Assembly (NCBI GenBank): GCA_025594325.1
Contig: JANHCV010000001.1
Coordinates: 1,178,001 to 1,242,000 of the forward strand
Length of the DNA stretch: 64,000 nucleotides
Source: Blastocladiella emersonii ATCC 22665
Taxonomy: Eukaryota > Fungi > Blastocladiomycota
Reading direction: 5' to 3'
Under the pieces are notes generated by a model. That model saw only the letters and a program-made list of their open reading frames with translations, did not search any database and was not told the origin of the DNA. A program made the translations under genes and the position numbers. Below, in pieces: positions 1-13,147 of the stretch. Numbering within the stretch: position 1 is the first letter of the stretch; each line of letters begins with the position of its first letter.

Positions 1-3000
1 GCCAAGGAGGCCCTCAAGGTCTTCCGCGCGGGGCTGTCCGACAAACTCATGGCCGTGCGCCAGGCCTCGGCCGAGTGCATCGCGTGCATGGCCCGCAGCG
101 CCTCGCTCGGCCTCGTCACCGTCCCCGACTACGAGGCCTTCCTCTACCCGCTGTTCCGCGCCTTCGAGGGCACCAACTACGACGCCCGCATCGCCATTGC
201 CCGTGCCATCGCCAACGTGCTCGCCCCGACCCAGAACACGTTTGTCGCGCCCGTCGCCCCCGTCAAGACGTCCAAGAAGAAAAAGGACAAGGACAAGGAC
301 CAGGAGCAGGAGGCCGCCGCGCCGCAGCTCGAGGAGAAGACGCTGCTGACGTGCGCCGAGATGCTCGGCCTGCTGCACACGTCGCTCCTGAAATACCACG
401 CGCGCGAGTCGCGCATCGGCGTCGCCGAGGCCTACGTGTTCCTCCTGCAGATGCTCGGCCCGACCTTCATCGAGACCCAGTACCCGGCCATCGCCCTGCA
501 TTTCAACGACGAGATCCTCAACAGCCCCAAGTTCCTCACCCTGCCGCTGCCCGAGATCGTCTCCGTCAAGGAGATCCTCATCCACGTCCTGCGCAGCCTC
601 GGCCAGTCCATGACCGAGACGGGCCAGATCAACGCCATCAAGCACCTCATGGAGCGCTACGTGACGCGCTGGCCGCAGCTGCCCGAGACCCCCTGCCCGA
701 ACAAGTGGGCCCTCAGCGTCTTCCTCGCCGAAATCGCCGGCCTGCTCGACGACGTGAACGGCGTCGCCGCCACCCTGCCCGAGAGCACGCCCGACGCCCT
801 CATCAAGATCGCCGGCCACCCGTCGCACCTCGTCCAGACCGCCGCCGCCGTCGCCATCATGCGCCTCGGCCTCAACTCGCCAACAACGCTCGCTCCCATG
901 TTCACGCAGCTCCACGGCACCCTGTACCGCGAGATGCCCACCGTCACGGGCGCCGCGCTGCCCGAGGCCATGCGCCGGTACATTGGGTACTCGCTCGCCG
1001 TCGCCGGCCTGCTCGCCGTGATCCCTAAGGCCCCGCTGTACGCGCCGTCGGGCGCCGCGACCCACGTCTTCACGCTCGCGGCCAATCTGCTGCGCGCGCC
1101 GCCGCGCGACGTGCGCGTCAACCTCGTCGTCAACGAGGTGGCGTGGAACCTGCTCACGGGGCTCATGGCCGTCGGGTCGAGCGCCGTCAAGGCGCAGCTG
1201 TCGCAGTGCCTGCTGCTGTGGAAGGACGCGTTCCCCAAGAGCCCCGGGTCGACGGCCGACATGTACGAGCTGCTGCACGCCAAGGAGGCCGCGCTCAAGG
1301 CGCTGTCGGCGCTGCTCATCCACAACGACGACATTCTCAACGCCGACCTGCGCAAGCGCGTCGCCGTCCTCGTCACCAACGTCGTCCAGCTCCTCCTAAC
1401 GCACCCGGCGCTCGCGTCGCCCAGCGCCGCGCCCATGCCGCTCACCACCAAGGTCGGCCCGCTCACCGTCTCGTACGGCGAGCTCGACTCGCTGTTCCGC
1501 AAGCGCCTCTTCGACTGCATCGCCATGCTCCCGCCCGTCCAGTTCGAGAGCCTGCACGGCCAGCTCGTCAAGGCCGCCGGCGACATCTTCGCCCAGGACC
1601 CCGCCGACGCGCGCCGGTTCGACGTCGGCCAGCAGTACCAGGTGTACCACGCGTTCGAGAAGCAGGCCATGCCCGTCAACGCGCCGTTCGGCCCGCTCTT
1701 CTGGCAGTCGGCCGAGTACGGCGCCCACACGCTGCCCGTCGACGGTCACATTGACCTGCTCAGCAAGCACTCGTGCTTCCGCGACCCCGGGTTCACGGTC
1801 GCGGTCCCCGAGCCGCTCTTCGACTACGAGAAGTGGGCGCAGTTCGAGCGCCACCTGTTCCACCCGGTGCAGGGCGCGCTCGAGTACGACACGGTGACGA
1901 TCCTGCAGGCCGCCGTGCACCGGCCGCGCCCGTCGCCGCCGCAGTTTGCGCTCGTCAACTCGGCCATCGCCATGTACGGCCTGCTGTTCCCGTACGTACT
2001 CGCGGCGAGCCAGGAGGCGTACCTCGACACGTACGCACGCATCCTCAAGCAGAAGCAGGAGCGCCCGGGCAAGCGCGTCGCGCTCCTCGTCAACGTGCTC
2101 CAGGCCATGCACCTCGCCACGGGCCAGATGATGGCCCTCAACGGCGCCGCCCACGCGAAACGGTTCACACTCACCCCGCAGTCGACCAAGTCGCTCCTCG
2201 AGGTTGCCATGGCCGGCAACGGGTGCACCGACGGCGGCGTGCGGCTCGTCAGCGCGCATGTCACGGGCAAGATCGCCGAGCTCGCCGCGGGCAACGCCGC
2301 CATGGCGTCCATCTCGCAGTTCCTCGTCTCGCAGATCGTCGAGAACCGCGATCCGGATATCCGCGCCGGCGGCGCCATGGCGCTCGTCATGACGCACGTC
2401 CACACACAGTCGGGCGCGGCCATTAAGACCACAGTCGGCGTGCTGCACACGCTGTGCGCCGACACGCATGCGGGGGTCGCGGCGTGGGCCACGCTCGCGC
2501 TCGCGCACCTCATGGAGGCGCGCGGCGCCCAGGTGTACCCGCTCGTGACGCCGACGCTGTCGGTGATCTGCCGCCAGCTCATGGCCGAGTCGCGGCCGCA
2601 GTTCGTCGCGCGCGTCCTGTTCGGGTGCGTCGACACGCTCGGGCCCGAGCTGCAGGTCTCGGACAAGCTACGCGACCTGATTGTCCAGTTCACCGAGTAC
2701 CTGCTCGAGTGGGAGTCGCTCGAGGAGTGCGCCGAGGCGTGGCGCACCGTCACCCACCTGCTCCTCATGGCGCCCGGCACCTTCCCCGTCCCGCGCTACG
2801 CCGGCGTCCTCCAGGCGCTTCTCGGGTCCGACCACACCACGCTGCGCCGCGCCGTCCTCCAGTGCCTCTGCTCCATGGTCCAGCGCAGCCCCGAGACCGT
2901 GCTCGCCAACACGGACGCGCTCGAGCGCACGCTCGTCCTCCTCGCGCGCGCCGAGCCCGACCTCGTCCGCAAGTCGCTCGCGTCGCTCGTCGAGAGCGGC

Positions 3001-5442
3001 GCCGGCCCGTCGCGCTGGATCGACCTGTGCCGCACGCTGCTCAACCCGTCCACGGCTGGCACCGCCGGCGCTGCGGGCACCATGGTCGCTGGCGCGGGAG
3101 GGCTCGGTGCCGCGAGCGGCTCCGATACCGAGGACGAGGGCGACGACGTGGCCGTCGCGTCCCTCAAGCCGTCGGAGCGCAAGCGCGCCGCCGTGCAGTG
3201 GACCAGCCAGCTCGCGGCACTGCAGTCGCTGCGCCAGCTCATCACGTTCCTCGCGCAGGGCGCCGACTGCGACTGGCACCTCGACCTGTCCCGCGCGCGC
3301 GCCCGCGGCGGCGAGTGGCTCGTCAACCGGATCGGAGACGTGATCCGCGTCGCCTTCACCGCGTCCACGGCGCTCACCCAGCAGGTCCGCCGCGAGGGTC
3401 TGGGCCTTCTCGAGGACGTGCTCGACCACTTTGCGGCTGCCGAGGACCCCGATTTCGCGGGCCACCGCCTCCTCGAGCAGTACCAGGCGCAGTTCAGTTC
3501 CGCGCTGACGCCGGCGTTCACGTCCGACGCGTACCCCGAGATCGTCGCGACGGCGAGTCACGTCTGCGCGCGGTACATTAGCGCGGGGATCACCGAGGAC
3601 CTGTTCACGCTGTCGCGCATCATCAAGCTGCTGACGCAGGCGCTCACCATGGTGCAGTCGGCGGCAACGGGCGCCACGTCGGGGTCGCAGCACGCGCAGA
3701 TCATGATCGCGCTCGCGGTCCTCGGCGCGTGGGCCGAGCTCCGCCGCGCCGCGTCCACGGTCCCCGCGCTCGCGTCCGTTGTCGACCCGCAGATCGGCGT
3801 CCTGCTCCCGCTCTGGCTCACGTGTCTGTTCGAGTACTCGATCGTCAAGCAGGACGCGGACACGGCCGGGATGCTGCCGACCAAGCTCGAGGGCATCAGC
3901 CCCAACGTCGGGTACGCCATGAGCTCGCGCGAGGTCGTCCTGCCCATGTACACGGGCTGCTGGGTCCCGATCCTGTCGGCCGTCACCATCCTCGTGTCGA
4001 CGCCCGACGCCGCGCCGCACATTGCCAAGTACGGCACCGTCGCGACGCCGCTCGGAACGTTCCCCAAGATGTTCATGGTCCTGTTCGGCCTCGCGTTCGA
4101 GCCGCTCGTGTCGGTGCGCGCCTCCGAGGCCACCACGCTCGCGTGCGTCGACGCCCTCATGGCGCTCGTCACCCCGCAGCACATGCACACGCTCGCGCCG
4201 GCCTTCGCCAAGGAGCTCCTCACCATGGCCGACCGCCTGATGCAGACCGAGTCGCCCGCGGTCCAGGCGCGCGTCGTCGCGCTCATCGACGCCCTCATCA
4301 CCCGGTACCACGGCGACCTCGACAAGGACACGGCGTACCACGCGTCGCGCGTCCTGTTCCGCGCCGTCGTCCCCGTGCTCCCGCAGCTGCTCGAGGACCC
4401 GAGCGCCGCCGTGATTTTCGGGGACGTGACGGTCGAGACGACCACGATCGCCGCCTCGGCTCTCATCGCGCTCGGCAACGCCGCGGCCAAGAACCCCGCG
4501 TGGGTCCCGCTCACCCTGCACCTGTACGCCGCGGCCCTCGCGGCGCCCGCGCTCCGCCTCGTCGCGTCGCGTCTGACGGTGCTCATCAAGGGTATCTTCG
4601 ATGCATCGGCGAACGCGACGGCCGCGGGGGCCGCGCCGACAGCCGCTGACGAGGACCGCCACGAGCTCGTCGTGTCGCTCGTCGCCGGTCTGCTGTCCCA
4701 CGTCGAGGCGAACCTCGTGGTCGGCGGCGACCCCGAGATCGCCAAGCAGTGTCTCCTCGCCGCCACCGTGTGCATGACGAGCGGGCTCCCGTCCGACGGG
4801 CTCATGCGGTTGTGTGCGCGGTCTACGGCGACGATTGTGCAGTGCCTGACTTCTCCCGAGGTACGTTGTGGCGCTGATCGTTACTAGGACTTGTATACTG
4901 ACTTTGATCCCGTGTAGCTCACTCACATTGCACTGCAATGCGCCCGGTCGCTGCTACAACTCGCGAAACGGCCCGACGCGCGCGACTTTGGCGACGCGTG
5001 CATCCGGTACCTCCTGCCGCACCTCGTCACGCTGACCTTCGCCGACCCGCCCGCGCTGACGCCTGCGGCGCTCGCCGAATGTGCTGCGACCGTCGCGCTC
5101 GCGGGCGCGCTCTCGTCGCCGACCGACCCGCGGCCCGCGACCCTCGTCGCGTCGGCGCTCGTCGGGGTCCTGTCGCGGTTCCACGCCGCGCACCCGTGGG
5201 CGGGGCACCTGCGGCCCGCGGCCGTCCAGGGCGTCACGGCGCTCGCGGCCACACACCCGGACGCGTTCCGCACGGTCGTCGCGGGACTCGCGCCGGCCGC
5301 CCGCGCGGCGCTCGAGGACGCGCTGCGCGCTTCCGTTGGGACCGCGGCACCGGGCGCGGGTGCGGGCGGCGCGGGGGCAGGCGCGGCGTCGGCGGCAGTG
5401 CGCCACGACAAGCCGTCGATCCAGCTCAAGATGTCGTTCTAG
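1..5442 (+). CDS. LAA1: HEAT-repeat AP-1 accessory protein (HEATR5/Laa1 family), 5'-partial, 2 exons in window
   Basis: Frame is open from base 1 through the 1612-aa ORF. Intron 4861-4917 (gtacgt...tag, 57 nt, phase 0), then a 175-codon last exon ending ...KPSIQLKMSF*. Helical HEAT-like composition, VRREGLGLLEDVLDHFAAAEDPDFAGHRLLEQYQAQFSSALTPAF segment and C-terminal IxLKxxF resemble HEATR5/Laa1. Confidence 0.85.
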
Positions 5443-5496
5443 TCCATTTGCTTCGCTCCGTCCAAAATCGATATAACTTTGCTTGTGTTCATCAAG

Positions 5497-8400
5497 CTAG
5501 ACAATGGACCACGAGTCGTCGAGCGGGTCGTGGAACGGCGCGTCGAGCATGGCCAGCAGCGCGTCGCCGCACACGGGGCAGTCGCTCGCGCCCGCGGTCG
5601 CGCACGGGATCGTGTGCACGACGTGGTGGCACCCGAACGCCATCCACCCGGCGCCCGGGACCGCCGCGCGCGCGGCCGCCGCCTGTTTCTGCTTCCTGCC
5701 GGTGCCCGCCGACGCGAGCCCGCCGCTGCTCGCGGCGCCCACAGTGCGGATCGAGGACGCCGAGCCCAGGACGCCGCCGTTACCGTTGCCGTTAGGCGCA
5801 AACGGATCGGCCGCCGCGGACGCAGCGAGAGGCTGGTGACACACCGGGCACGGCGCGGCGGGGTCAACGACGACGGGCGGCGCGGTGCTGGCGCGCTGCT
5901 TGAGGTCGTGGAGCGAGCGGAAACTCGCGTCCATGTTGGTCTCGAGGGCGGCGAGGTCGCGGGCGTAGTCCTCGAGGACGGCGACGAGGTCGTCGCGGAA
6001 GTCGTCCATGGACGTGAGCGAGTCGGGGAACAGCGGGAACACGTCGTCGAGGCGCAGGATGGCGGACCCGCGGACGAGGCGCAGGAGCCGCGCGTGCTCG
6101 CCGCGCTCGGCGAGGTACGCAGCGATCGCGAGCCAGTGCGTGCGCAGCTCGTCCGGGTCCGTGGTCGCGTCCCTGGCGAGCGCCATGGCGTTTGCCACGT
6201 CGCCGCGCGCGAGCGAGAGACGGATCGCTTCGGCGGCCTGGTCGAGCTCCGTGAACAGGAAGATGGTCGCCTCCATGCGCTTGTGCGCGAGACACGTCCG
6301 CAGCGCGTGGTCGAGCGCGTAGTGCCGCGGCGTCGCGCGGAGGAACGTGAGCAGCTTGGTCTCGTCGGCGCCGCTGCTACCCGCCGCGTCCTTGTCCGAG
6401 GCCGAGTCGGTCGCGGCCGCCTGCGCGTACAGCTGGATCAAAAAATTGTGCAGCTCGGGGTCGGTGCGGCGCTGGATGAGGACGGCGTGCTCGAGGTACG
6501 CGATAGCGTGGCGCGCGACCGCGGCGTGGCCGCCCGACTTGATGAAGGCGGGCAGGAGGCGGCTGGCGTCGAGCTGGGTGCCCTGCGCCATGAGGATGCG
6601 CACGACGCGCGCGGGCGCCTGGTCGAGGAGCAGCGGGACGAACCGGTAGAAGATCTCGGGGTCGATCTGGCGCTCGAGGACGGCGAGCGCCGCGTCCCAG
6701 TCGCGGTGCTCGATCCAGTGGTCGAGCAGGCGCGCGTGGTCGCCCGTCACCTTGAAGAAGTGCACGAGCTCGGCGCTGCGGTTGTAGCTGATGCACAGCT
6801 GGCGCACCGTCTTGGGGTCGAGGTGCGCGTGGTACGTGGACAGGAACTCGCGGACGCTGGCCTCGAGGATCTCGCGCTCGCGCGGGTCCGCCTGCGCGGC
6901 GGGCGCGTCGGCGCTGAACTCGTTGAGGTGCTCGAGGTGCAGCTCGAGGAGCCACGTCGCGAGCATGGTGACCTGGACCGCGTCACGCGCGGGCCCCGTG
7001 GCGCGCACCTTGGCCTTCAGGAGCGCGTCGAGGTAGACGCGCAGCGCCTCGAGCTCGCCCGAGGCAATGAACTTGAGCGTGACCTGCTCGAACGGCACGC
7101 GCGCGGCCTGCGCGTAGTACTTGGCGCTCAGCACGAACCGGCGCGAGTCAAAGTAGTGGTCGGCCTGCGCTGCGGCGATCCGGTCGCGCTGGTCCTGGGT
7201 CTTGGCGCACGCCGCGGCCTGCTCAAACTTGTTCTGCGCGAGGTACACCTTCCAGATGTCGCGGTCCTCGTCCTTGACGACGAGCTCGTACAGCTGCGAC
7301 CGCGTCACGGCCCACACGGTGCCCTGCATCACGTCGTGCGACACGGCGAGGACGGGTTCGGGCAGGTGGACGCTCCACACGACGGGCAGGACGCGGCTCG
7401 AGCTGGACCCGGACTCGTCGGTCGCCGACTCGGGGATCAGCGACGAGACGACGTGGATCCCGTGCGCGCCGAGGATCGCGAGGTGGTACTTGAGCGTGAT
7501 GATGCCGCGCGCGTCGTCGGCCGTGTCGTCGTCGAGCGAGTAAGTGACGGGCGAGTCGAAGACGCAGTCGCCCGGCTGCTGCGAGCCCATGCTGATGGGA
7601 GCGAGAAACACGCCGTCGGCGGTCAGCCACGCCATGCGGCGCGGCGTGCCGATGGAAGAGCCCGAGTACACGGGAATGTCGGCCGACACGGTGGGTAGAC
7701 GTGGTGCATCGGGGGGAAGCGGGGCGGGTGCGAGGTGCTGCTGCCATGGCTTGTGGGCGGCGAGCAGGTCCTCGAGCGATCCCGGCTCGGCGGAGCGCAG
7801 GGACCCGATGAACTGCAGGAAGCGGCCCGAGGCGGTGGCGACGTAGAGAATGTACTTGCGCACGTCGGCGGGGAACGCGTCGAGGAAGAGGAAGGTAGCC
7901 GTATCCGCCGCGGGCGATGCGGCCGACGGAGCAGCCGTCGCCGCGGCGGCGCCCGCGGGGGACAGCGCGGCAATCTGCTTGATGAACTTGAGCGGGTCGC
8001 CGCCGCCCTTTCGGGAGAAGAAGCCGCCGCGCTCGTCCTCGACGTGCTCGAAAATCAGCTCCCACAGCGCGCCGTCGCCCGTGGCCACGACGATCGACCC
8101 GGACGAAGGCGAGTCGGGCGCGACGTCCTTGTTCCACGCGACGCCGGTGATGGAGCCGCCGTTGCGCAGCTTCGCGAGCGGCCGCGCGCGTTTGCTCGGT
8201 GCGCCGAGGTAGTAGGCCAGCCCGTCAGCGCAAGAAAGAAGCGCATGGCGACCCGTCGGATCGAGGTAGATGGCGCGGACAAAGGGCGGCGAGGGCGACT
8301 TTTTCGGCTGCTCGAACTCAATGTCTACACCGCGGTCGCGCCATTGAGCAATCAGCGAAGGTCTGCATGACAGAGCGGGCACACGCACCGTCCATTTCGG

Positions 8401-8746
8401 CCTGGCCGTCGAGGTGGATGCGGACGCAGCGGTGGGCCGGCTTGTCCTGGGCGAGCAGCAGGATGTTGTTGGAGACGGCGAGAGCACACCAGTTGCCCTC
8501 GGCGACGTTCTCGACGTCGACGGGCTCGAGCGCAAAGGGGCTCGCCGACTGGCCGCCGAGAAGGGCGGCAGGCGCGCTCACGGCATCTGGCGCAAACCCG
8601 GGCTGGACCTTCTGGATCGTGGTTGCGGCAGGCGCGTCCTGGAAACCACCGGCGGAGCCAGCAGCAAGGACGGCGGGTGGAGGGGCGGCCGACGCGAGCG
8701 GCGTGGCGGAGGTCGGGTTCCCTTCGAGGAGATCAAACAGGGACAT
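5497..8746 (-). CDS. VPS18: Vacuolar protein sorting 18 / Pep3 (HOPS/CORVET subunit), 2 exons
   Basis: Exon 1 MSLFDLLEG...GQAEMD, intron 8325-8388 (gtgcgt...tag, 64 nt), then beta-propeller (IYLDPTGRHALLS), EDRDIWKVYL..NKFEQA, FEQVTLKF helical region and C-terminal RING-H2 (CPVC...FGCHHVVH..C...CPVCG). Confidence 0.92.
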
Positions 8747-9139
8747 GGAGTCGGTCTAGCTAGCTCGTTGCATGGGGTCGTGCGGCCTCGGTGGGCGTGG
8801 TTACATGTGCGTGCAAGAGCAGTGGCGCAGGCGGGGCGGATCGGCGGAAGAGCAACGCGAGCTTGCCGCTGCCCTGACGTGCGTGGCAGGCGCCGCTCAC
8901 ATGATATCGAGGCGCGTCTCTCGTCTCGCGCTGCGGTCGCTGGGGGCTTCGAGCGGACATCCAGGTTTGCGAGTGAACGCGAGAACGAGGCCATGGCCGA
9001 GCGCCGGCATCATGGACGTCCGATACGGTCACCTCTCTTGCGAGCTTTCACGGCTCAACGAGTAGCCTCCTCAGGCCCTGGTACCACGCAGGCACGCATG
9101 TTGAGCCGTTTTCGATGAATCATGCTCCAAAATTTACAG

Positions 9140-9542
9140 CTACGCGCCATCCTTGCGCAGAAACTCGCGCACGCCCTCGGCGCACTCGTAGAATGCGCGC
9201 ACGTCGCCGATGCACGACTCGGGCTCGTTCGGGTTGCGGTCGAGGCAAGCCGCAAACGTCTTGTACTCCTCGGCGCACTTTTCGCGGATCATGCGGACGG
9301 ACGGAACCCTAAACGCGAAGGGTAACGCGCAGGCGAGGCAGCGCGACGTCAGCGTCTCGGTGCCCACATCACCGAGCGATCCACGGCACGATGCGTCAGG
9401 CGTACTTCTTGTCGGTGCACAGGTTGAGCTCGACGCGCGCGCGGTTGCAGTTGCTCGGGTGCGTCGTCTGGAACAGGCAGTCCTGGAAGGACTTGAGCTC
9501 CGGCCCGCAGTGCTTCTGAACGTCGTCGAGCGAGGTATCCAT
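9140..9542 (-). CDS. MIX14: Mitochondrial intermembrane-space protein with two twin-CX9C motifs (Mix14/CHCHD5-like), 2 exons, 101 aa
   Basis: Exons 9406-9542 and 9140-9308 join in frame (intron gtacgc...ttag). The product has four CX9C helices: HCGPELKSFQDC, NCNRARVELNLC, KCAEEYKTFAAC, SCIGDVRAFYEC. Confidence 0.8.
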
Positions 9543-9785
9543 GGCAGTTTCGTGTGCGTGATAGCTTTGATACACGATGCGGGAGCGCGAACGCACCACG
9601 GCCAACACCCACGAAAAACACGACCCGGGCCGACGTGCCAACCGGTCACGTGGCGGCGACGCGAACCGATCGACGCACCCCGCCGCCACGCGAGACACGA
9701 GTGTCCCGCACCTGCTCGCTACGGCCCCATTGCTCGCCTAGTGCAACGTATCGAACCCCCTATGCATCGTGCTCCGCGCACCACC

Positions 9786-12354
9786 ATGGCCAAGAAACCC
9801 GCCATCGCCAAGGCGTACAAGCGCCGCCCCGCCGGCTCGTCGGCCAAGGCCACGGCCACGTCCGGGGCCAGCGCCGGCAAGAGCAAGGGGAAACCCCTCT
9901 CGCGCAAGGACCGCGAGTACATGGCCGAGTTCGGCGTCATGGACATCAACGACATGGTCGACGGCGACGAGGACGCGGCCTCTGCCGCGATCGCTGCGCG
10001 CGTGTCCGCGAAGCGCGCCTTCACCGAGGAGGATCTCGACGCCGCTGAGCGGAAACGCGCTCGCGTCGCCGCTGATCTGCGCCGCCGCGACGCTGAGCTC
10101 GCCAACGGTGCCGACGCAGACGACGTGATCTCGGACGACGAGGACGGCAAGCCGTCCAGCTTCGAGCTCCTCGTCGGCAACGCCCAGCGCAAGAAAAAGT
10201 CGCTGCTCGCCGCCTTCAAAAAGTCGGCGCCGGCAAAACCCGATCCTGCTGCCGCTGAGCCACCACTCTCGCTCAGCTCGGACGACGACGGCGAGGGTGA
10301 CGAGGTCGTGTCCGACGGCGACGAGGACGAGGAGGCCGAGCTGCTCGACCTGGAGACCGAGGAGGCCGACCTCGCGCAGCAGGGTATGACTATGACCATC
10401 ACTCGCTTCATGCATCTCGACGCGATCAGCGACTGACCCATCGTTGTCCTACCCTCCAGGCGACTACCCGAACCACTACGACCTGCACTTTGCCGAAAAC
10501 CCGGAGCGCCAGGCCCGCGCCAAGGCGCTCGCCGACGGGCTTGCCGCCGGCACCCACGCGTGGCAGACGCTGCCGCTCGACGACGACACCACCTTCCAGC
10601 TCGTGCTCCCACGCGGCGGCTCCATCACCGCGGCCGAGCGGGACCGCCACGTCGCCGAGCTGACCCAGACCCGCGATCTCGGCGTCATGCACGTCAAGTC
10701 GCGCGTGCTCACGCCGTTCCTCGCCTCCAACCCGACGCAGTCGCCGCTGTTCATGGACCTCTTCGGCAAAATGGACCGCTACAGCGACATGCTGTTCACG
10801 GCGCCCAACTTCAACGACCAGGCCGGCCGCATCCGCCGCGCCTACGTCATGCACGCCCTCAACCACGTCTTCAAGTACCGCGACCGCATCATCCGCGGCA
10901 ACGTCAAGGTCCGCTCGGCCCAGGTCGCTGCCGACGGCGGCAAGCTGCCCGAGGTCGACCTCGAAAACCCCGAAGCCATGGCGACGCTCGAGGCCATGGA
11001 GCGCGCCAAGCTCGACAAGCTCAAGCCCAAGGCCGGCAGCCGCAACGCCGCCGCCGAGATGGCTGCCGCCGCCGACGTGGACGTGGACGTGCGCGACCAG
11101 GGCTTCACGCGGCCCAAGGTCCTGTTCCTGTGCCCGATGCGCAACGTCGCGTACGACGTGGTCTCGGCGCTCATGGACCTGAGCGGCACCGAGCAGCAGG
11201 AGAACAAGAAGCGGTTCAAGGAGGAGTACTACCAGGCCGACGACGCCGCCGACACGTCGTTTGCGTCGCGCCCCGCCGACTACCGGACCGCGTTCCGCGG
11301 CAACACGGACGACTGCTTCAAGCTCGGCATCAAGTTCTCGCGCAAGGCCATGAAGCTGTACTCGCAGTTCTACCAGTCGGACATGGTTGTGGCGAGCCCG
11401 CTCGGCCTGCGCATGATGATCGAGGGCGAAAAGGACGCGGATTTCCTGTCGTCAATCGAGCTCGTGGTCATCGACAGCGCGCACATCCTCAACATGCAGA
11501 ACTGGGACCACCTCACGTACGTGCTCGACCACATGAACCGCATCCCGCGCGCGTCGCACGACTGCGACTTTTCGCGCATCAAGGGGTGGTACCTCGACGG
11601 GCTCGCGCCCAACTACCGCCAGCTGCTCGCCTTTGCCGAGTACACGTTCCCCGAGCTGTCGTCGCTCTTCAACTCGTACTCGCGCAACGTCACGGCCGCA
11701 CGCGTGCGGTACCGCGCCCCGGTCAAGGCCGGCTCGATCGTCAAGGTCAAGTCGCCCGCGCCGCAGACGTTTGTCAAGCTCGACGCGCCGCTCGACGCCA
11801 TCGACGACGCGCGGTTCAAGCACCTGACGTCGCAGATCCTGCCCAAGTACCGGCGCCCGCGCAAGACGCCGCTCGGCGGGTCCGACATCGACTCCAAGCA
11901 TCTGATCCTGTTCGTGCCGTCGTACTTTGACTTTGTGCGGATCCGCAACCACATGGACGAGGCCGAGTACGACTTCGAGGTCGTGTCCGAGTACACGGAG
12001 CCGCGCGACAAGACGCGCGCCCGCACGCTCTTCTTCCAGGGCCGCACCCGCATCCTCGTCTACACGGAGCGCGCCCACTTCTTCCACCGCCAGGCCCTGC
12101 GCGGCGCCCTGCACGTCGTCATGTACGGCCTGCCCGACAATGCGCAGTTCTACCCCGAGCTCGTCGACCTGCTCACGCTCCCGCGGTCCGACGCCTTGCG
12201 CGCCGCGACCGCCGCCGCGCCAACGGGCGCCGCCGACGGCGACGTCACGGTGCTCTACTCCAAGTGGGACGCCCTCAAGCTCGAGCGCGTCGTCGGCCCC
12301 GCGCGCGTCGCCAAGCTCATCCAGGGTGTTGGTCCCTTTGTGTTCCGCTCATGA
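9786..12354 (+). CDS. UTP25: U3 snoRNA-associated protein 25 (Utp25/DIEXF), 2 exons
   Basis: Acidic/basic N-terminal exon 9786-10383, intron 10384-10459. Motifs RDQGFTRPKVLFLCPMRN, FRGNTDDCFKLGIKF, YSQFYQSDMVVASPLGLR, DFLSSIE, LFVPSYFDFVRIRN, YTERAHFF. Confidence 0.95.
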
Positions 12355-13147
12355 TCCTCGAAGCCATAGAATTAAGTTTGATCCCTCACGACCTCCATCG
12401 GTGCTCACGGCAGCGTGTACGGCAGCGTGAGAGCCGGGCGAAATAACCGCGACGACGGGTTGGGGATGAAGAAGAAGGACGCGGCTCACGGAGCGAGTTT
12501 TGGGGTGGCCGAGCAGCGGCGAGCTGGGGTCGCGCGGCACCCGGCCCGCGAGGCTGAGAGGGGACCTGGGCCGAGCCACCGGACCCGTTCCACGTCACGT
12601 ACGGCCTGCAGCAGCATGCGTGCGCGATAGGGCCCACGCGGGAGTCGGACGCGGCCCTCGCGGTGCTCGCGGGCGACGCGAGGCGAGCACCGGCCACCCC
12701 AACGGCGCGCTTGGGGCCATCACCCGCGAATACGAATAGGTTCCCGACCCCTTATCCCGATACCTATCACGGCCGGACGCGATCCAGCGTGGCGGACTGA
12801 GCCACCACGATCGCATCATCACCATCGGCTCGTTTTCAACACGGGTCGCCGGCGCCAGCGAACCAAGGTCCCAACAATGCGTCCGTGGCCGGGCCCGGGT
12901 GCAGCCCACTCGCTCGCCCCACGGACGCTGTGCGAGAACCCTCGGCTGGAGCCCGACGTGTCGCGTCGACCCCATCGCACAGGCCGCGGCAAGGTTGCGT
13001 TGGCGGCTCGCTGTACTTAAGAAGCCATGGCCTCCCCCCGCCATCCTCGAAGGCTCTGATCCGTCCTCACCCTCGTGTACCCTCCCTCACCTTACTCTCT
13101 CTCGGCGCTCGACGTCCGATCCAGCCTCCCACCCCACACACACTGCC